Assembly: GCA_964524845.1 (NCBI GenBank)
Contig: CAZGFX010000001.1
Coordinates: 293,034 to 357,033, forward strand
From: an uncultured Gammaproteobacteria bacterium
Lineage (GTDB): Bacteria; Patescibacteriota; Patescibacteriia; CAZGFX01
Direction of reading: 5' to 3'
DNA: 64,000 bases
How positions within the stretch are numbered: position 1 is the first letter of the stretch; each line of letters opens with the position of its first letter. Shown here piece by piece: positions 29,057 to 40,076 of this stretch. The notes beneath the pieces are model-generated. The model saw only the letters and a program-made list of their open reading frames with translations. It did no database searches and was not told the DNA's origin. The translations under genes were made by a program, and so were the position numbers.

Positions 29057-30100
29057 GTTTTTGCAGGCTCTTTGTTAAGTGCCCGCGCCGATTTGTGGGG
29101 AGGGAATGATATGACCCTCGACACTACTCGTGATGCCCTTCCTCTAGGAGGGGTCGGCTGTTTTTTCGTGATACTTCTTTGTCATAAACGATTCACTTCA
29201 TAACTTGATATTGCTACCTCATCATGAAATCCTGGTGTGTTTCGTTTTTTTTGTTGATCGTGAGACCGACAAAAAGACATTGAAGCATCACTAGCGCGAT
29301 ACAGCCTTTTTTTTGTAATTTTTCACTGATAGGAGGACATATAAGAGATTTTTGCGCTTAGTATGGCGACTATCTTATATGGTGAAAAATTACCTTTGTA
29401 ACCATCCAAACAGATATTACTATCTTCACATCTTCCGATTTAAGCTTTTTTAAGGCTATGGTCGTTGTCTTTCGCACAATAGACATAAGGATGTGTGGAC
29501 AATTACTGCAGCAGTTTTTTGTTTCTTGGTCAGGTTTGCTTTTTAGTGCATACCCAGTTGTAACCAACCAAGTTAAACAAGTGCTTAATACAATGAGCAA
29601 GTGGGTACTCAACCGCATTTTTCCAAACATTGTGGTGTAAGAAAAAATGTTTTTTCTTCTACGATTGCTCGCAAAAGAGGATGTGTACCTTTTACCTTAG
29701 AAAAACAGTATTACTTACACGGTGCAACTTAGATACTGTATCACTTTTAGGGTGATGTGTTGCTCTGTGCAATTTCCAGAAAAAATTTGCTTTTCTTTTC
29801 TCTGTGATCATCGTTTCGTATCTTAACGATGGCGTATACCGTTTTGGCGGTGTTGTATGAGTTTACTACTAAACCCTTTCCTTTCCCGCACACTCATGCT
29901 TCTCCAAAATGTCTAAGATTTCTTATTGAAACAACATCATCTTAAACACCTATACTGCAAGATTCTTCTTTCGTTTTGATGCGTTACCGCATTTTATATT
30001 TTGGAAGAACTCCGGAGAACCTAAAGAAACTTTGTTTTCGTTTCTTTTGTTATTAAGAACATTCCTTCTTTTGGAAGGTGCTTTCCTAGTTGAAAAGCGT
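29015..30100 (-). ncRNA. Candidate ~1.08-kb large, highly structured non-coding RNA
   Basis: Promoter 30107-30135, terminator 29024-29053, more than 20 hairpins and long-range stems, several GNRA tetraloops, no credible ORF. Confidence 0.7.
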
Positions 30101-30106
30101 AAATAC

Positions 30107-30135
30107 ATACTACCAGCCAAAAATGATTATGCCAA
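30107..30135 (-). promoter_or_regulatory. Putative sigma70 promoter of the large ncRNA
   Basis: TTGGCA, 17-nt spacer ending TGG, TAGTAT (extended -10). Confidence 0.55.
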
Positions 30136-30304
30136 CCCTCATATCCACGAAATATATACAAAATACCCACACCTCTTTTTGGCTAATTGTAGCTATTATT
30201 GCCACCTTCCTGTGGATTGTGGTGTTATAATATATTGCATTTTAACTTAATAAATATGTTTTTATCATACGAAAAACCTGTTATTATACAGATATACATA
30301 TTAT

Positions 30305-31225
30305 ATGATTAATCGTGCTGAGAGATACGAAAAAAACACGGATAAACTAGGTGAGAAATTACACGACCTACTTTCTATTGTTGCGAAAGAAACAAATATT
30401 TCTGTATCAAGGGAAAATCCTGATATACAAAAGTTTTTAAATTCAGACGGTTCAATAAATATGGATTCATTTGACACAGAATACGATGGAATATACGAGC
30501 ACGATAATGTACAAAAAGATAAGGATTTTGTTCGAAACAAAGACATAGAATGGAGTGGCGCCAGCAATCAAAGTGTTCAAGATTTTTTTCAATCCAAATA
30601 CCACACCAATTCAATAGATGAAATCATCGAACAAACAAAAAAGAACAAACTTGAACACCACGGACCACAACTTGAAATGGCACTTACGATTCTCCTACAC
30701 AAAATTATAGGGAATCGGTTTATTGTTGCTCGAGCATCTACGTTTGATGATTACAGAAATGGTATTGATAACGTTATCATAAACAAAGAAACTGGAGACG
30801 TTGTCTGTGCATTCGATGAGGTAAATGATACTGTTGGAGGATCACGACATGATAAAAAAATGGAAAAAATAAAGAAAAAAGCACTGCAAGGAGGATCAAC
30901 TATAAAATACGGATATACTTATATAAATGATGAAGAAGCATCAAAAAAACGGCTTATACAAAAGAAAATTAATAATGTACCAACATTCTTTTTATCTCTT
31001 TCACAGGAAGAACTAAAAAATCTTCTTTCTAACATGTCTTATGATGCTCAAATAATTAGCAATAAGGAGTACGAAATATACGATAAACTGATTCATTCTC
31101 TTGAAGAACAGGTTGTTTTTCTTTCCAACGAACGACTTCCCAGTGCAATCAAAGATAATCTTATTTTATTTTCAACATCTCTAAATTCAATGAAGGATAT
31201 AGCATCACACAAAAAAACAGCATAA
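30305..31225 (+). CDS. Hypothetical protein with a possible PD-(D/E)xK-like motif
   Basis: 306 aa; E...RASTFDDYRNGIDNVII...CAFDEV. Confidence 0.75.
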   Translation: MINRAERYEKNTDKLGEKLHDLLSIVAKETNISVSRENPDIQKFLNSDGSINMDSFDTEYDGIYEHDNVQKDKDFVRNKDIEWSGASNQSVQDFFQSKYHTNSIDEIIEQTKKNKLEHHGPQLEMALTILLHKIIGNRFIVARASTFDDYRNGIDNVIINKETGDVVCAFDEVNDTVGGSRHDKKMEKIKKKALQGGSTIKYGYTYINDEEASKKRLIQKKINNVPTFFLSLSQEELKNLLSNMSYDAQIISNKEYEIYDKLIHSLEEQVVFLSNERLPSAIKDNLILFSTSLNSMKDIASHKKTA

Positions 31226-31278
31226 GAAAACCCGTCTATTTTAAAAGGTTTTTGACCAATTTTATAGACGGGCTTTTT

Positions 31279-32577
31279 TTATTCAAATAAATGTGTGCGG
31301 TTTTCCGCATAGTTTATAATCGACGTTTTTTCGCGAAATAATATTTGCTGATACCCGGATGAGGATGGCTCATAAATGTTTTTTCCAACAAGTTTTGCCT
31401 CCCACTGATTTATGTTAGATGTGGTCGAAATAGCATCATATATATGAGATGAGTAAGGAATCGGAAATGTATTGTTTTTTTCGTCCTGACGCATAACACG
31501 AATGAAGGAAACGGAGTCAAAAGAAGCTACACGAAACTCAGGAATCGATCTAACAACACGATCAAGTTTGTTCTCAAAAGATATGATTGTTTTACGTGGC
31601 TCAAACGCTCCTATGTTTGGAATTTTTCCATACACATCATAATATTCGAGAATATAAGCCCATGCGTATACCTTCGGAACATATCTCTGAGTAATAATTG
31701 GAAAAAACGACCTCATTTCCCAAAAACTTGGTGAATAATAACCATATTTTTCAAACGAGTGAAAACGAATACTATCATACCATCCTGGGGATGTGTTATA
31801 ACTCGCAATTACCGCATCAAGATCATCATTTTGTCTGAAACCAATCATGTTTAAATGACGAACGCCCATTTTCAAGTTATACTTTGGATCAAAAAGCATA
31901 GACGAGTTTTCTTTTGTCAAAGAAGTGTCATACTCTTGTGCGAGAACCATCATTATCTGCATAAGACCTTTTTCTCCGTGCCAACCTACCGCCAAAGGAT
32001 TTCCTTGTGATTCAAGAGCACATATACCAAGAATGATGAATTTATTAATCTTATTCCAACGAAAGTTTTCAATATATGGCTTATAAGAAATTACGCGTTT
32101 TACAACAAGTCGAACAGTCGATGGACTTCTAAGAATATATTTATATTCATCATAAATTGATTTTTCTTTTGTGTGATCCATTATTGTATTTCCCTGAACA
32201 ATTTCCGTATATGAAACGTGAACTGCGGTTGACTTCATCGAATTAGGTGGTTCTGTCAGGGGCGGGCCCGCTGATACGAGTAATACAGCAATAAATGTAC
32301 TAACAAGTGTAATCGGAGATAAAACAACTATTAATACACTTTCTGATAATTTTTCAACAAGATCTTTTCTTATCTTAAGCACCGAGAGAACCCATCCTGC
32401 GCTAATAATATGAAATACTAGAATTAAGAACAAAACAATATTCTTTAAGAATTTCCAATCCGTATTCTGAACGAGATAAAGCTCAATTACGTGATAAATG
32501 ACGATACCAAGAGATGTCATGCCAATAATAATTATCGCTTTAACGATTGCATTTATATATCTTTCGACATTTTTCAT
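31279..32577 (-). CDS. Membrane-anchored lytic transglycosylase (SLT domain)
   Basis: Three TM helices; LESQGNPLAV, GLMQI, IASYN, TQRYVPKV; AAGGAG SD. Confidence 0.85.
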   Translation of the reverse strand: MKNVERYINAIVKAIIIIGMTSLGIVIYHVIELYLVQNTDWKFLKNIVLFLILVFHIISAGWVLSVLKIRKDLVEKLSESVLIVVLSPITLVSTFIAVLLVSAGPPLTEPPNSMKSTAVHVSYTEIVQGNTIMDHTKEKSIYDEYKYILRSPSTVRLVVKRVISYKPYIENFRWNKINKFIILGICALESQGNPLAVGWHGEKGLMQIMMVLAQEYDTSLTKENSSMLFDPKYNLKMGVRHLNMIGFRQNDDLDAVIASYNTSPGWYDSIRFHSFEKYGYYSPSFWEMRSFFPIITQRYVPKVYAWAYILEYYDVYGKIPNIGAFEPRKTIISFENKLDRVVRSIPEFRVASFDSVSFIRVMRQDEKNNTFPIPYSSHIYDAISTTSNINQWEAKLVGKNIYEPSSSGYQQILFREKTSIINYAENRTHLFE

Positions 32578-32738
32578 TTCAATCTCCTTGCTTCGCACGT
32601 GGCGAGTTTTGTTTTTAAAATATGTTTTTCGTTTCATGTTATCATTTTTTGAGCTTGTGTCAAACAAAAAGATTCGTATTTATCAAAAAAACGCTCTATT
32701 TAAGCGTCTTTTATCAAAGTTTTATTAAAATATAAAAA

Positions 32739-33602
32739 TCAATTTTTCATTAGAGGAGTAATCGGACGACCATTGCGGAGCGCATGAACATACACAATTT
32801 GTGCTCCAAAAAGAACAATGTGTATGGAAATATACAACCACACCATAACAGCAAGTACGGAACTGAACGCCCCATAAAGTGCATGAGTGCCTTGCCCAAG
32901 GTACCAAATAAGAACACCCTTTCCTAGAGCAAAAAGTATAGAGGTAACGAGCGCACCAATCCAAACATCTTTTAATTTCACGATTGCATCCGGAATATAT
33001 TTAAAAAGCATTGCAAAAAATACAGTACCCATGAAAAAAGAAATAACAATATCTCCTCCGTGAATAAGAGGAAGATAATCAATCGTCTTTATATACTCGG
33101 CCATTATTGATCCGACCGTAACAAAAAATACACTAGCAAAAACAAGTGCCGCAAAAACTACACCAACAAAAATAATCATAAGAAGACCAAGAAACCGATT
33201 GCGAACCGCAGGGAAAACATGAAAACGTTGATTAGGCGATACACCCCACAAGCTATTTAGAATATCTTTAAATTGCACGAATACAGCACTTGCACCAATA
33301 AGAACAACTATGACAGCAATGATTTTCGAAACAAACGGAATATGAATCACATCAGGAATTTGTTCGATTGCATCTTCCCATAACAATCTGTTATCAACAC
33401 CTATGAAGTTTTCTATATGAAATATAAACTGATTTTGAAAAATACCTCCTCCGAACATCTTATCGGCAAACGAAATAATCATTACCAAAAGTGGTGTAAG
33501 AGCAAAAAAAGCATAAAAAGATAGCGCCGCGGCCATTTGTGATACTCTCGTAAAACGCCACCTGTGTATTATTTCACTGTATAATTCGGATAAAAATCCC
33601 AT
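32739..33602 (-). CDS. YihY/virulence factor BrkB family membrane protein
   Basis: AAALSFYAFFALTP, FKYIPD, YGAFSS...WLY....LFGA. Confidence 0.9.
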   Translation of the reverse strand: MGFLSELYSEIIHRWRFTRVSQMAAALSFYAFFALTPLLVMIISFADKMFGGGIFQNQFIFHIENFIGVDNRLLWEDAIEQIPDVIHIPFVSKIIAVIVVLIGASAVFVQFKDILNSLWGVSPNQRFHVFPAVRNRFLGLLMIIFVGVVFAALVFASVFFVTVGSIMAEYIKTIDYLPLIHGGDIVISFFMGTVFFAMLFKYIPDAIVKLKDVWIGALVTSILFALGKGVLIWYLGQGTHALYGAFSSVLAVMVWLYISIHIVLFGAQIVYVHALRNGRPITPLMKN

Positions 33603-33774
33603 ATATTCAATAAATTAAGTATATCATATTTATGGCGATGATTCGATGTTTTTCGTGTTTTTTTTAAAAAACACATGCTCTATCTGTGTATTAAAACATT
33701 TATTTTGTTTACATTTTAATACAAATATTGTTAAATACATTCGCCAAAAAAACAAAACAAAGAAAGGCAAAAAA

Positions 33775-34212
33775 ATGTCTCCTCACAACAAAAAAAAGGA
33801 TCCTCCTCTATCGTCGTTTAATTTTAATTCACTTACCTCAACAAAAAACATAAAAGATATTCTTGAGGAAGAAGGTCAGAAAAAAACAGATTGGCCAATT
33901 TTAATATGTGATTTTTGTAAGGTACTTAATACACGAATACACCCCGGCCGAATAACTCCTCGCGGTTTTATTCTCACTGTATTTCTTATGTGTGAAGAAA
34001 TTCGAGGCAATTGTCAGGAATACAAATGTGGCGAGAGCATTATGCCGAAGTCATTCATAAGAAAAAATCGCAACGAAAGAGTTCGTTTGGTTAATGAAAT
34101 ACTTGAATTCGTGCATTTTCTTATAACCAAATTTGATAACGAGAAATTCGTACAAAGCGCAACCGATCAGTTTGATTTCTTTATTAAGAATTTTAAAAAA
34201 TCTTCTATATAA
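33775..34212 (+). CDS. Hypothetical protein
   Basis: ATG 33775 after AAAGG; 145 aa. Confidence 0.55.
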   Translation: MSPHNKKKDPPLSSFNFNSLTSTKNIKDILEEEGQKKTDWPILICDFCKVLNTRIHPGRITPRGFILTVFLMCEEIRGNCQEYKCGESIMPKSFIRKNRNERVRLVNEILEFVHFLITKFDNEKFVQSATDQFDFFIKNFKKSSI

Positions 34213-34255
34213 TAGAAGATTTTTTTATTGTGATTAAATATCTGAAAAATGCTTT

Positions 34256-36067
34256 TTAAATGTTGATTCCTCTGGCGATGCGTTTCGCCTCAGATTCATC
34301 AATGATTCGTTTTCTTGTACGAACGTTCTTTGGGGTTACTTCAACAAGTTCGTCATCTGCAATATATTCGAGCGCATCCTCGAGATCCATTATGCGTGGC
34401 GCATTAAAATGATCATCAACACCCTCTCCTTTTGAGCGAACATTGCTCATTTGTTTCGCTTTGCAAACATTCACACGCAAATCACCTTGACGAGCATTTT
34501 GACCTACCACCTGGCCTTTGTATACAGTCATTCCTGGCTCAACGAATAATACACCGCGTTCTTGAATATTAAGCAGTGCATACATTGTGGTTACCCCAGT
34601 ATCAGAAGCTACGAGAGAACCCTGTTCACGCTCTCTCCAAGAAACAACATCAGGCCTATACCCTTCAAACGTTGAATTCATAATACCGAGTCCACGCGTA
34701 TCTGATAAAAACTCCGTCCGATATCCAAACAGACCTCTTGTTGGAATAATAAATTCCAAATATTGTATTCCGTTTTCGATGCTCATGTTTTGAAGTTCTC
34801 CGTATCGAGCTCCTATTTTTTGCATAACCACACCAGCGTATGCTTCAGGAACTTCAATAAACAAATCATCATACGGCGCCATAGTGACTCCATCAATCTT
34901 CTTTACAATTACATGCGGGCGCGAAACCTGAAACTCATAACCCTCTCTACGAAGACGTTCTATAAATATAGCAAGATGAAGTTCTCCTCGTCCCAAAACA
35001 CTCCATCCACCATCTAGCGAATCAGAAACATGAAGAGCTGTGTCTGTTTCAAGTTCTTTAAAAAGTCGTTCCTTGAGCTGACGAGAAGTGGTATATATTC
35101 CTTCTTGTCCGGCAAAAGGCGAATCATTAACTGAAAAAGTCATCTTTACCGTCGGTTCCTCGATTGCGAGCAATGGGAGCGCTATTGGATTTTCTTTATC
35201 CGCGATCGTTTCTCCGATCATAATTTCCGGAATCCCTGCAATCGCAACAAGGTCTCCTGCACAAGCCTCGGATACATCAACTCTGGTCATGCCATCAAAC
35301 AACATAATTGAACTAAGCCTTCCTTTTCTTTGTTGTCCTTCTCGATCAATATGAATAATATCCTGATTCATCTTCATTATTCCATTATAAATGCGTCCTG
35401 TTGCGATACGACCTCGAAAATTATCTCCTCCAATAGTAGTTACGAGCATTTGCAATGGTTTGTTTTCATCTCCTGTTGGGGCTGGAATATATTTGAGAAT
35501 TGATTCAAAAACAGGAGTAATGTCTTTCATATCAGAAATATTTGGTGTATATCCTGCACGTCCCTCCTTGCCAATCGCATATATTGTTGGAAAATCCAAT
35601 GCATTATCGTTTGCACCAAGTTCCATAAAAAGTTCAAGTGTTTTATCATGAACATAATCAACACGCGCATCCGGTTTATCAACCTTGTTTATTACAACAA
35701 TAACCTTCAAACCTTTTTTGAGCGCGTGCTTAAGTACAAAACGCGTTTGGGGCATCGGACCTTCTTTCGCATCAACAAGCAAGAGACACCCATCAGCCAT
35801 TGAAAGCACGCGCTCGACCTCCCCGCCAAAATCAGCGTGTCCGGGAGTATCAATAATATTTATTTTTGTATCTTCCCACATCACGGATGCGTTTTTCGAA
35901 AAAATAGTAATGCCACGCTCACGCTCAAGCTCGTTGCTATCCATAATCAAACCGGCCTCGGAAACTTCTTTGTCGAGACGAGTTTTTGATTGTCTGAGAA
36001 GAGCATCAACGAGAGTTGTCTTCCCATGATCAACGTGCGCAATAATAGCAACATTTCTAATTTTCAT
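34256..36067 (-). CDS. typA: Ribosome-associated GTPase TypA/BipA
   Basis: RNVAIIAHVDHGKTT, RERGITI, DTPGHADF, GRGELHL, EVTPK. Confidence 0.97.
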   Translation of the reverse strand: MKIRNVAIIAHVDHGKTTLVDALLRQSKTRLDKEVSEAGLIMDSNELERERGITIFSKNASVMWEDTKINIIDTPGHADFGGEVERVLSMADGCLLLVDAKEGPMPQTRFVLKHALKKGLKVIVVINKVDKPDARVDYVHDKTLELFMELGANDNALDFPTIYAIGKEGRAGYTPNISDMKDITPVFESILKYIPAPTGDENKPLQMLVTTIGGDNFRGRIATGRIYNGIMKMNQDIIHIDREGQQRKGRLSSIMLFDGMTRVDVSEACAGDLVAIAGIPEIMIGETIADKENPIALPLLAIEEPTVKMTFSVNDSPFAGQEGIYTTSRQLKERLFKELETDTALHVSDSLDGGWSVLGRGELHLAIFIERLRREGYEFQVSRPHVIVKKIDGVTMAPYDDLFIEVPEAYAGVVMQKIGARYGELQNMSIENGIQYLEFIIPTRGLFGYRTEFLSDTRGLGIMNSTFEGYRPDVVSWREREQGSLVASDTGVTTMYALLNIQERGVLFVEPGMTVYKGQVVGQNARQGDLRVNVCKAKQMSNVRSKGEGVDDHFNAPRIMDLEDALEYIADDELVEVTPKNVRTRKRIIDESEAKRIARGINI

Positions 36068-36205
36068 AAAAACCGTGTTTTGTGATAACGGTGCATATAC
36101 TATATAATTTTTGGCTTAATGTCAAGGATTTTTAGACTTATTTTTAAAAAACACTCTTATACAAATAAAAGTGCTTTTTATCTTTTAAACAAGAGTGGAT
36201 TTCCT

Positions 36206-39200
36206 TTATTCATCAAAACGGGCAATTGGGATATCTATCTTTTCCCCCTGTTTCTTCGCAAACAATCCTGTTTCAGTTATTTTAAGAATTGCTTTTTTAC
36301 CATCAATAATAACATTTGGATACTTGCCACTCAAAGACATGTTTTTAAAAGAGTCTTCTGTTTCAATTCTCTGTCCACTAATCATAATATTGTCACCTGG
36401 ATGCAAACCATCTTTACCAAAAACAATATCAAGCTTCCTTCCACCTAATTGATCAAGAAGAAGACACTCCTTTACGCCATTCCCTTTGTCCATGGTAAGC
36501 AAAACATTATCAGATTTATTAAAATAATCCGCTTCTATTTTTTCTGCGCCGGACGAATACTCATCGAGATCAATTTTCATTCCTTTTGGGGTTATGACTA
36601 TATTTCCTTCTTCGATTTTAAAATCGTTTTTCTCAACAACAAATTTACTATCAAGTGTCGCTGATCCTTTTGTATCAACTGTTTCTTTCGCTAAATCGGT
36701 TTTTCCTTTGGTATCGATAACATCTTTTTTATCAGTTGTTTCAACGACCTTATCCGTCTTTTCTCCTGTTGTTTTAACTTCTTTTTTATCAATGATATCT
36801 TCTTTTGCCGTAGTTCCGACATCTTTCTTTGCGTTCTCGTCAATAATATTCTTATCATCAACACTGCCACCACCTTTCGTTTCTAATGTTTGATCTTTAT
36901 GTATTTCATCTGAAGAAATATTGTTTTTTGTTCCAATATCTTTTGTTTCAATTGTTTTTGAAACAATCTCGTCTTTTTCAATAGGTGTATGAATTTCTTC
37001 TCCGTTTATTTTTATAATATTTCTATGCATATCAGCATCATATTCAACCGTAACATCGTCCCCCGGATGGATAATAAGTTTGTCCGAGATGTGGTTCTGA
37101 TGCAAAATCTCAGCGGTAAGACGATCGACCGTATGTTGGGCATCTTCAGTTAATGGCATACCCTCTGAATCAAAGTCGTTTTCTGAAAGACCGAGTAACT
37201 TATAACCTAGCATTCCGCGAAACTTCACCTGTTCCGCAACTTCTTTATTAATAATTTTCCACATACTGTCTCCTGCTTGTACTTCTATTGGTTTCAGTGT
37301 AGAAAGATTTGTTTCTTTTACTTCGTTTACAATATCTCCGTGTGATATATTTGTTGTTTCAAGTGTTGTCTCAACTGGCGCAGTAAGCACGGTGTGTTCA
37401 GTTGGTTTAATAATGTTTTCCAAACCGCCACCGGAAGATGTCGCGTTGTGTTCTTCTGATAATTTCTGAATTATTTCTTGCTTTTGATCAACAAGTTTTT
37501 TCACTTCGTCCAATTGTTTTTCAACATTTTCTTTTGCGGATACATCTAAATTATTTTCTTCATTTATCGTTTTTTCTATCTTTTCTTGTGCCTCAACAAT
37601 CGCATTGGATTTAAAAGACACATCTATATCTTCTCCGAAAAACTTATGAAGAAGATCATAAACGACCGGTCCTGCTATACCAACTCCAGTCGCAACGCGT
37701 CCAAGTGCTTGAGCAAAATCTCTTCCTTTTGTAGTGCTCTCTGAACTAAAACCACGCCCAAAAAGCGCGCGAGCGGTTTCGAAAGTGCTTTTCCCATATC
37801 CTTTCATGATCGTGCCGATACGAGATGAGCGTTCTTCTTTCTCTTTGGTTATCAGTTCCTCTGTGCTAAAAAAGTCTCTTTTCCCCGTTTTCGTATTGAT
37901 TACTTTTTCTTCAATTGCTTTTTCCTTTTCTTTTTGTATTTCAAAAAATCTATTCATCTTTATAGTTTTCAGTGAGCCAATAACTTCTTTTGCTTTTTCT
38001 GATACAGGATTTCCTTCCTCATCAAAATCTTCCTTTGAGAGTTTGTGTTTCTCTTTGTTCACAATGACTTCGTGACGAGCTAAAATCTCAGCGCGTTTTT
38101 CCTCATTCCCTTTCAGTTTTTCAAGTGTTTCTATTTTTCTTCTTAGGTACTTCTGCTTCTGTCCTTTTATATTATATTCTGTGCTTTCTCCTTTTCCTTT
38201 TTGATAGAGTGATATTCCAGCATACACGGCACCACGCACACCACGTCCTATAGGACCGGTGATAAGTGAGAGTGGCGTCAAAATACCTGTAATGGCATTT
38301 TTAACCACATCAATCGTCTTTACTTTTGATTCTAGATAATGAGTGAGCACGGACGACTGTTTCATCGAAGTCCTAAATCCGAGTCGTTGTTGATTGTTCG
38401 TGTGCTCTGCAATCATATACGCAAGTTGTTTTTCCAGTTCTTCTTTTTTCTCTTCAGGAAGTTTTGTACTTTCTTTTATCGCGGTTTTGTATTCTTCAAT
38501 TGATTCCCTTAGTGCTTTTTGAGTTTCTGTTTCTTCTTTTTCTCTGTTTTCTTTTTTAATAAACGCAGAAACTTCTATTCCTGACGCTTCCTTTTCTGCA
38601 CGACGTTTTTGAGCATACTCTAAAACCATATTCATCGCCTCTTGTATACGCTCTTTTTCTTTTCCTATTTCTTTCCTCTCGTCAAGAAATGTACGAATGT
38701 CTCCGCTCTTATTATAAATAGCATCATATGCATCAACCCAAAACTTCGCTCCTGTGCCTCGTAAAACACCTTGTTTTATAAACGAATAAATTTTATTCTC
38801 CACAACTTTTTTATCCTCAGGAGAGATAATCGGAGTTTCTGTCTTTGTTTCAATATTGGTATCAACAGAAGTTTCTATTACTGGTAACTCTGTTTCCGGT
38901 TGTTTTTCGGACATTTCTTGTTGTAAAAGATTTGTTTTTCCTTCTATTTCTTTCGTATCTTTATCAATTTTTTGTTCGTTTTCAGAAATAGTATTTTTTG
39001 TATTTTCTTCCAAAAATTCTTTATCAGCACTAGCTTTAATAAGATCTGAGAGTAGTTCTTCTGATGTTTTTTCTTTCTCTCCGTATTCTTCAGATAATTT
39101 TGATACGAAATCTCCTCTTTTTTGATTTTCCTCAAATCCTTCACTTATAGCTGTATTTTCACCCAAATCCAAATCATCAAAATCCCCCTTATCTATTGTT

Positions 39201-40072
39201 GGTGTTTTTATAAACGAACCAAAGTCATCTTTTGTTTCTTGTTTCGTTTTATTTTTCGCACTAGATCTAGAAAACCCTGGTACCGAGACGGCTTTTCTTC
39301 CTGTAATAGGGTCGTATCTTCCTCCTGATGATATTGAAAATATAGTTCTTGATGGTTTTTTAATAGTTTTGTTTTCTGATTCTTTTTTATTAACTGAAGT
39401 TTCTGTTTTTGGCGCGTTTTTCTTCTCAATAACAGCAATAATTTCCTCTATGATCGCGTCAATATCATCAAGGTGTTTTTTATATTCCTTGTTTTCAACG
39501 ATTGTAATAATATTACGCAAAATTCCTGCTTGATTTATATAATACGCAAGTTCTGGGCTTTCAAGATCAAAATCTCCACGAATGTCTCTTACTCTATCCA
39601 GAAAAGACGTCATATCTTTTTTCATCTGCGCCATATCTTTTAAAAACGCTGTTGCTACATCTTCCGCGATGGCTTTTAATTTTCTTTCAATCTTGTTAAT
39701 TGTCTTTTTTATATCATCTGTATTAGAAATAATTTTTTCGTTACTTTCGTCTTCTATAATATTAAAATACTCTCTTCTTTTTTCCGCTAATCGCATAAGA
39801 AGATCCTCTTTCGTTCCTGTTTTTATATTTCTCAGGTCTTTCTCTATCAAATCAAGCCTGTTTTTTAATAACAAAGCTCGCGACACATTGTCGATATCGC
39901 CTTCTTTTACAAATCCTATTTCTTTTGAGGCAACACCTTCTTTTACAATATCTAAAATCTCCGCTAATTTTTTTGTAGCATCTTCCTCGATCGACACGGG
40001 TTCCATAACAGACGTTTCAGGAGAAGTTGTCGGAATGCCGATTTCTATATGTTTTTTTTCTTCGATATTCAT
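36206..40072 (-). CDS. Large coiled-coil protein with a possible LysM-like segment
   Basis: 1288 aa, E/K-rich, two weakly hydrophobic Gly-rich stretches, VQAGDSMWKII...IIHPGD. Confidence 0.8.
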   Translation of the reverse strand: MNIEEKKHIEIGIPTTSPETSVMEPVSIEEDATKKLAEILDIVKEGVASKEIGFVKEGDIDNVSRALLLKNRLDLIEKDLRNIKTGTKEDLLMRLAEKRREYFNIIEDESNEKIISNTDDIKKTINKIERKLKAIAEDVATAFLKDMAQMKKDMTSFLDRVRDIRGDFDLESPELAYYINQAGILRNIITIVENKEYKKHLDDIDAIIEEIIAVIEKKNAPKTETSVNKKESENKTIKKPSRTIFSISSGGRYDPITGRKAVSVPGFSRSSAKNKTKQETKDDFGSFIKTPTIDKGDFDDLDLGENTAISEGFEENQKRGDFVSKLSEEYGEKEKTSEELLSDLIKASADKEFLEENTKNTISENEQKIDKDTKEIEGKTNLLQQEMSEKQPETELPVIETSVDTNIETKTETPIISPEDKKVVENKIYSFIKQGVLRGTGAKFWVDAYDAIYNKSGDIRTFLDERKEIGKEKERIQEAMNMVLEYAQKRRAEKEASGIEVSAFIKKENREKEETETQKALRESIEEYKTAIKESTKLPEEKKEELEKQLAYMIAEHTNNQQRLGFRTSMKQSSVLTHYLESKVKTIDVVKNAITGILTPLSLITGPIGRGVRGAVYAGISLYQKGKGESTEYNIKGQKQKYLRRKIETLEKLKGNEEKRAEILARHEVIVNKEKHKLSKEDFDEEGNPVSEKAKEVIGSLKTIKMNRFFEIQKEKEKAIEEKVINTKTGKRDFFSTEELITKEKEERSSRIGTIMKGYGKSTFETARALFGRGFSSESTTKGRDFAQALGRVATGVGIAGPVVYDLLHKFFGEDIDVSFKSNAIVEAQEKIEKTINEENNLDVSAKENVEKQLDEVKKLVDQKQEIIQKLSEEHNATSSGGGLENIIKPTEHTVLTAPVETTLETTNISHGDIVNEVKETNLSTLKPIEVQAGDSMWKIINKEVAEQVKFRGMLGYKLLGLSENDFDSEGMPLTEDAQHTVDRLTAEILHQNHISDKLIIHPGDDVTVEYDADMHRNIIKINGEEIHTPIEKDEIVSKTIETKDIGTKNNISSDEIHKDQTLETKGGGSVDDKNIIDENAKKDVGTTAKEDIIDKKEVKTTGEKTDKVVETTDKKDVIDTKGKTDLAKETVDTKGSATLDSKFVVEKNDFKIEEGNIVITPKGMKIDLDEYSSGAEKIEADYFNKSDNVLLTMDKGNGVKECLLLDQLGGRKLDIVFGKDGLHPGDNIMISGQRIETEDSFKNMSLSGKYPNVIIDGKKAILKITETGLFAKKQGEKIDIPIARFDE

Positions 40073-40076
40073 AAGT

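Noticed and set aside
29370-29640. 86-aa and 60-aa ORFs inside the large gap
   Set aside because: Short, no SD or motif, and embedded in long-range stems that extend beyond them.
29015-30100. Group II intron, RNase P RNA or tmRNA identity for the large RNA
   Set aside because: By eye there is no domain V AGC/CGC hairpin near the 3' end, no GAGGAAAGUCC, no tRNA-like ends with CCA and no interrupted host gene. A covariance search is still needed.
34587-36029. Plus-strand ORFs antisense to typA, and similar ones opposite comM, the MFS gene and the surface-protein genes
   Set aside because: Shadow ORFs of well-supported genes on the other strand.
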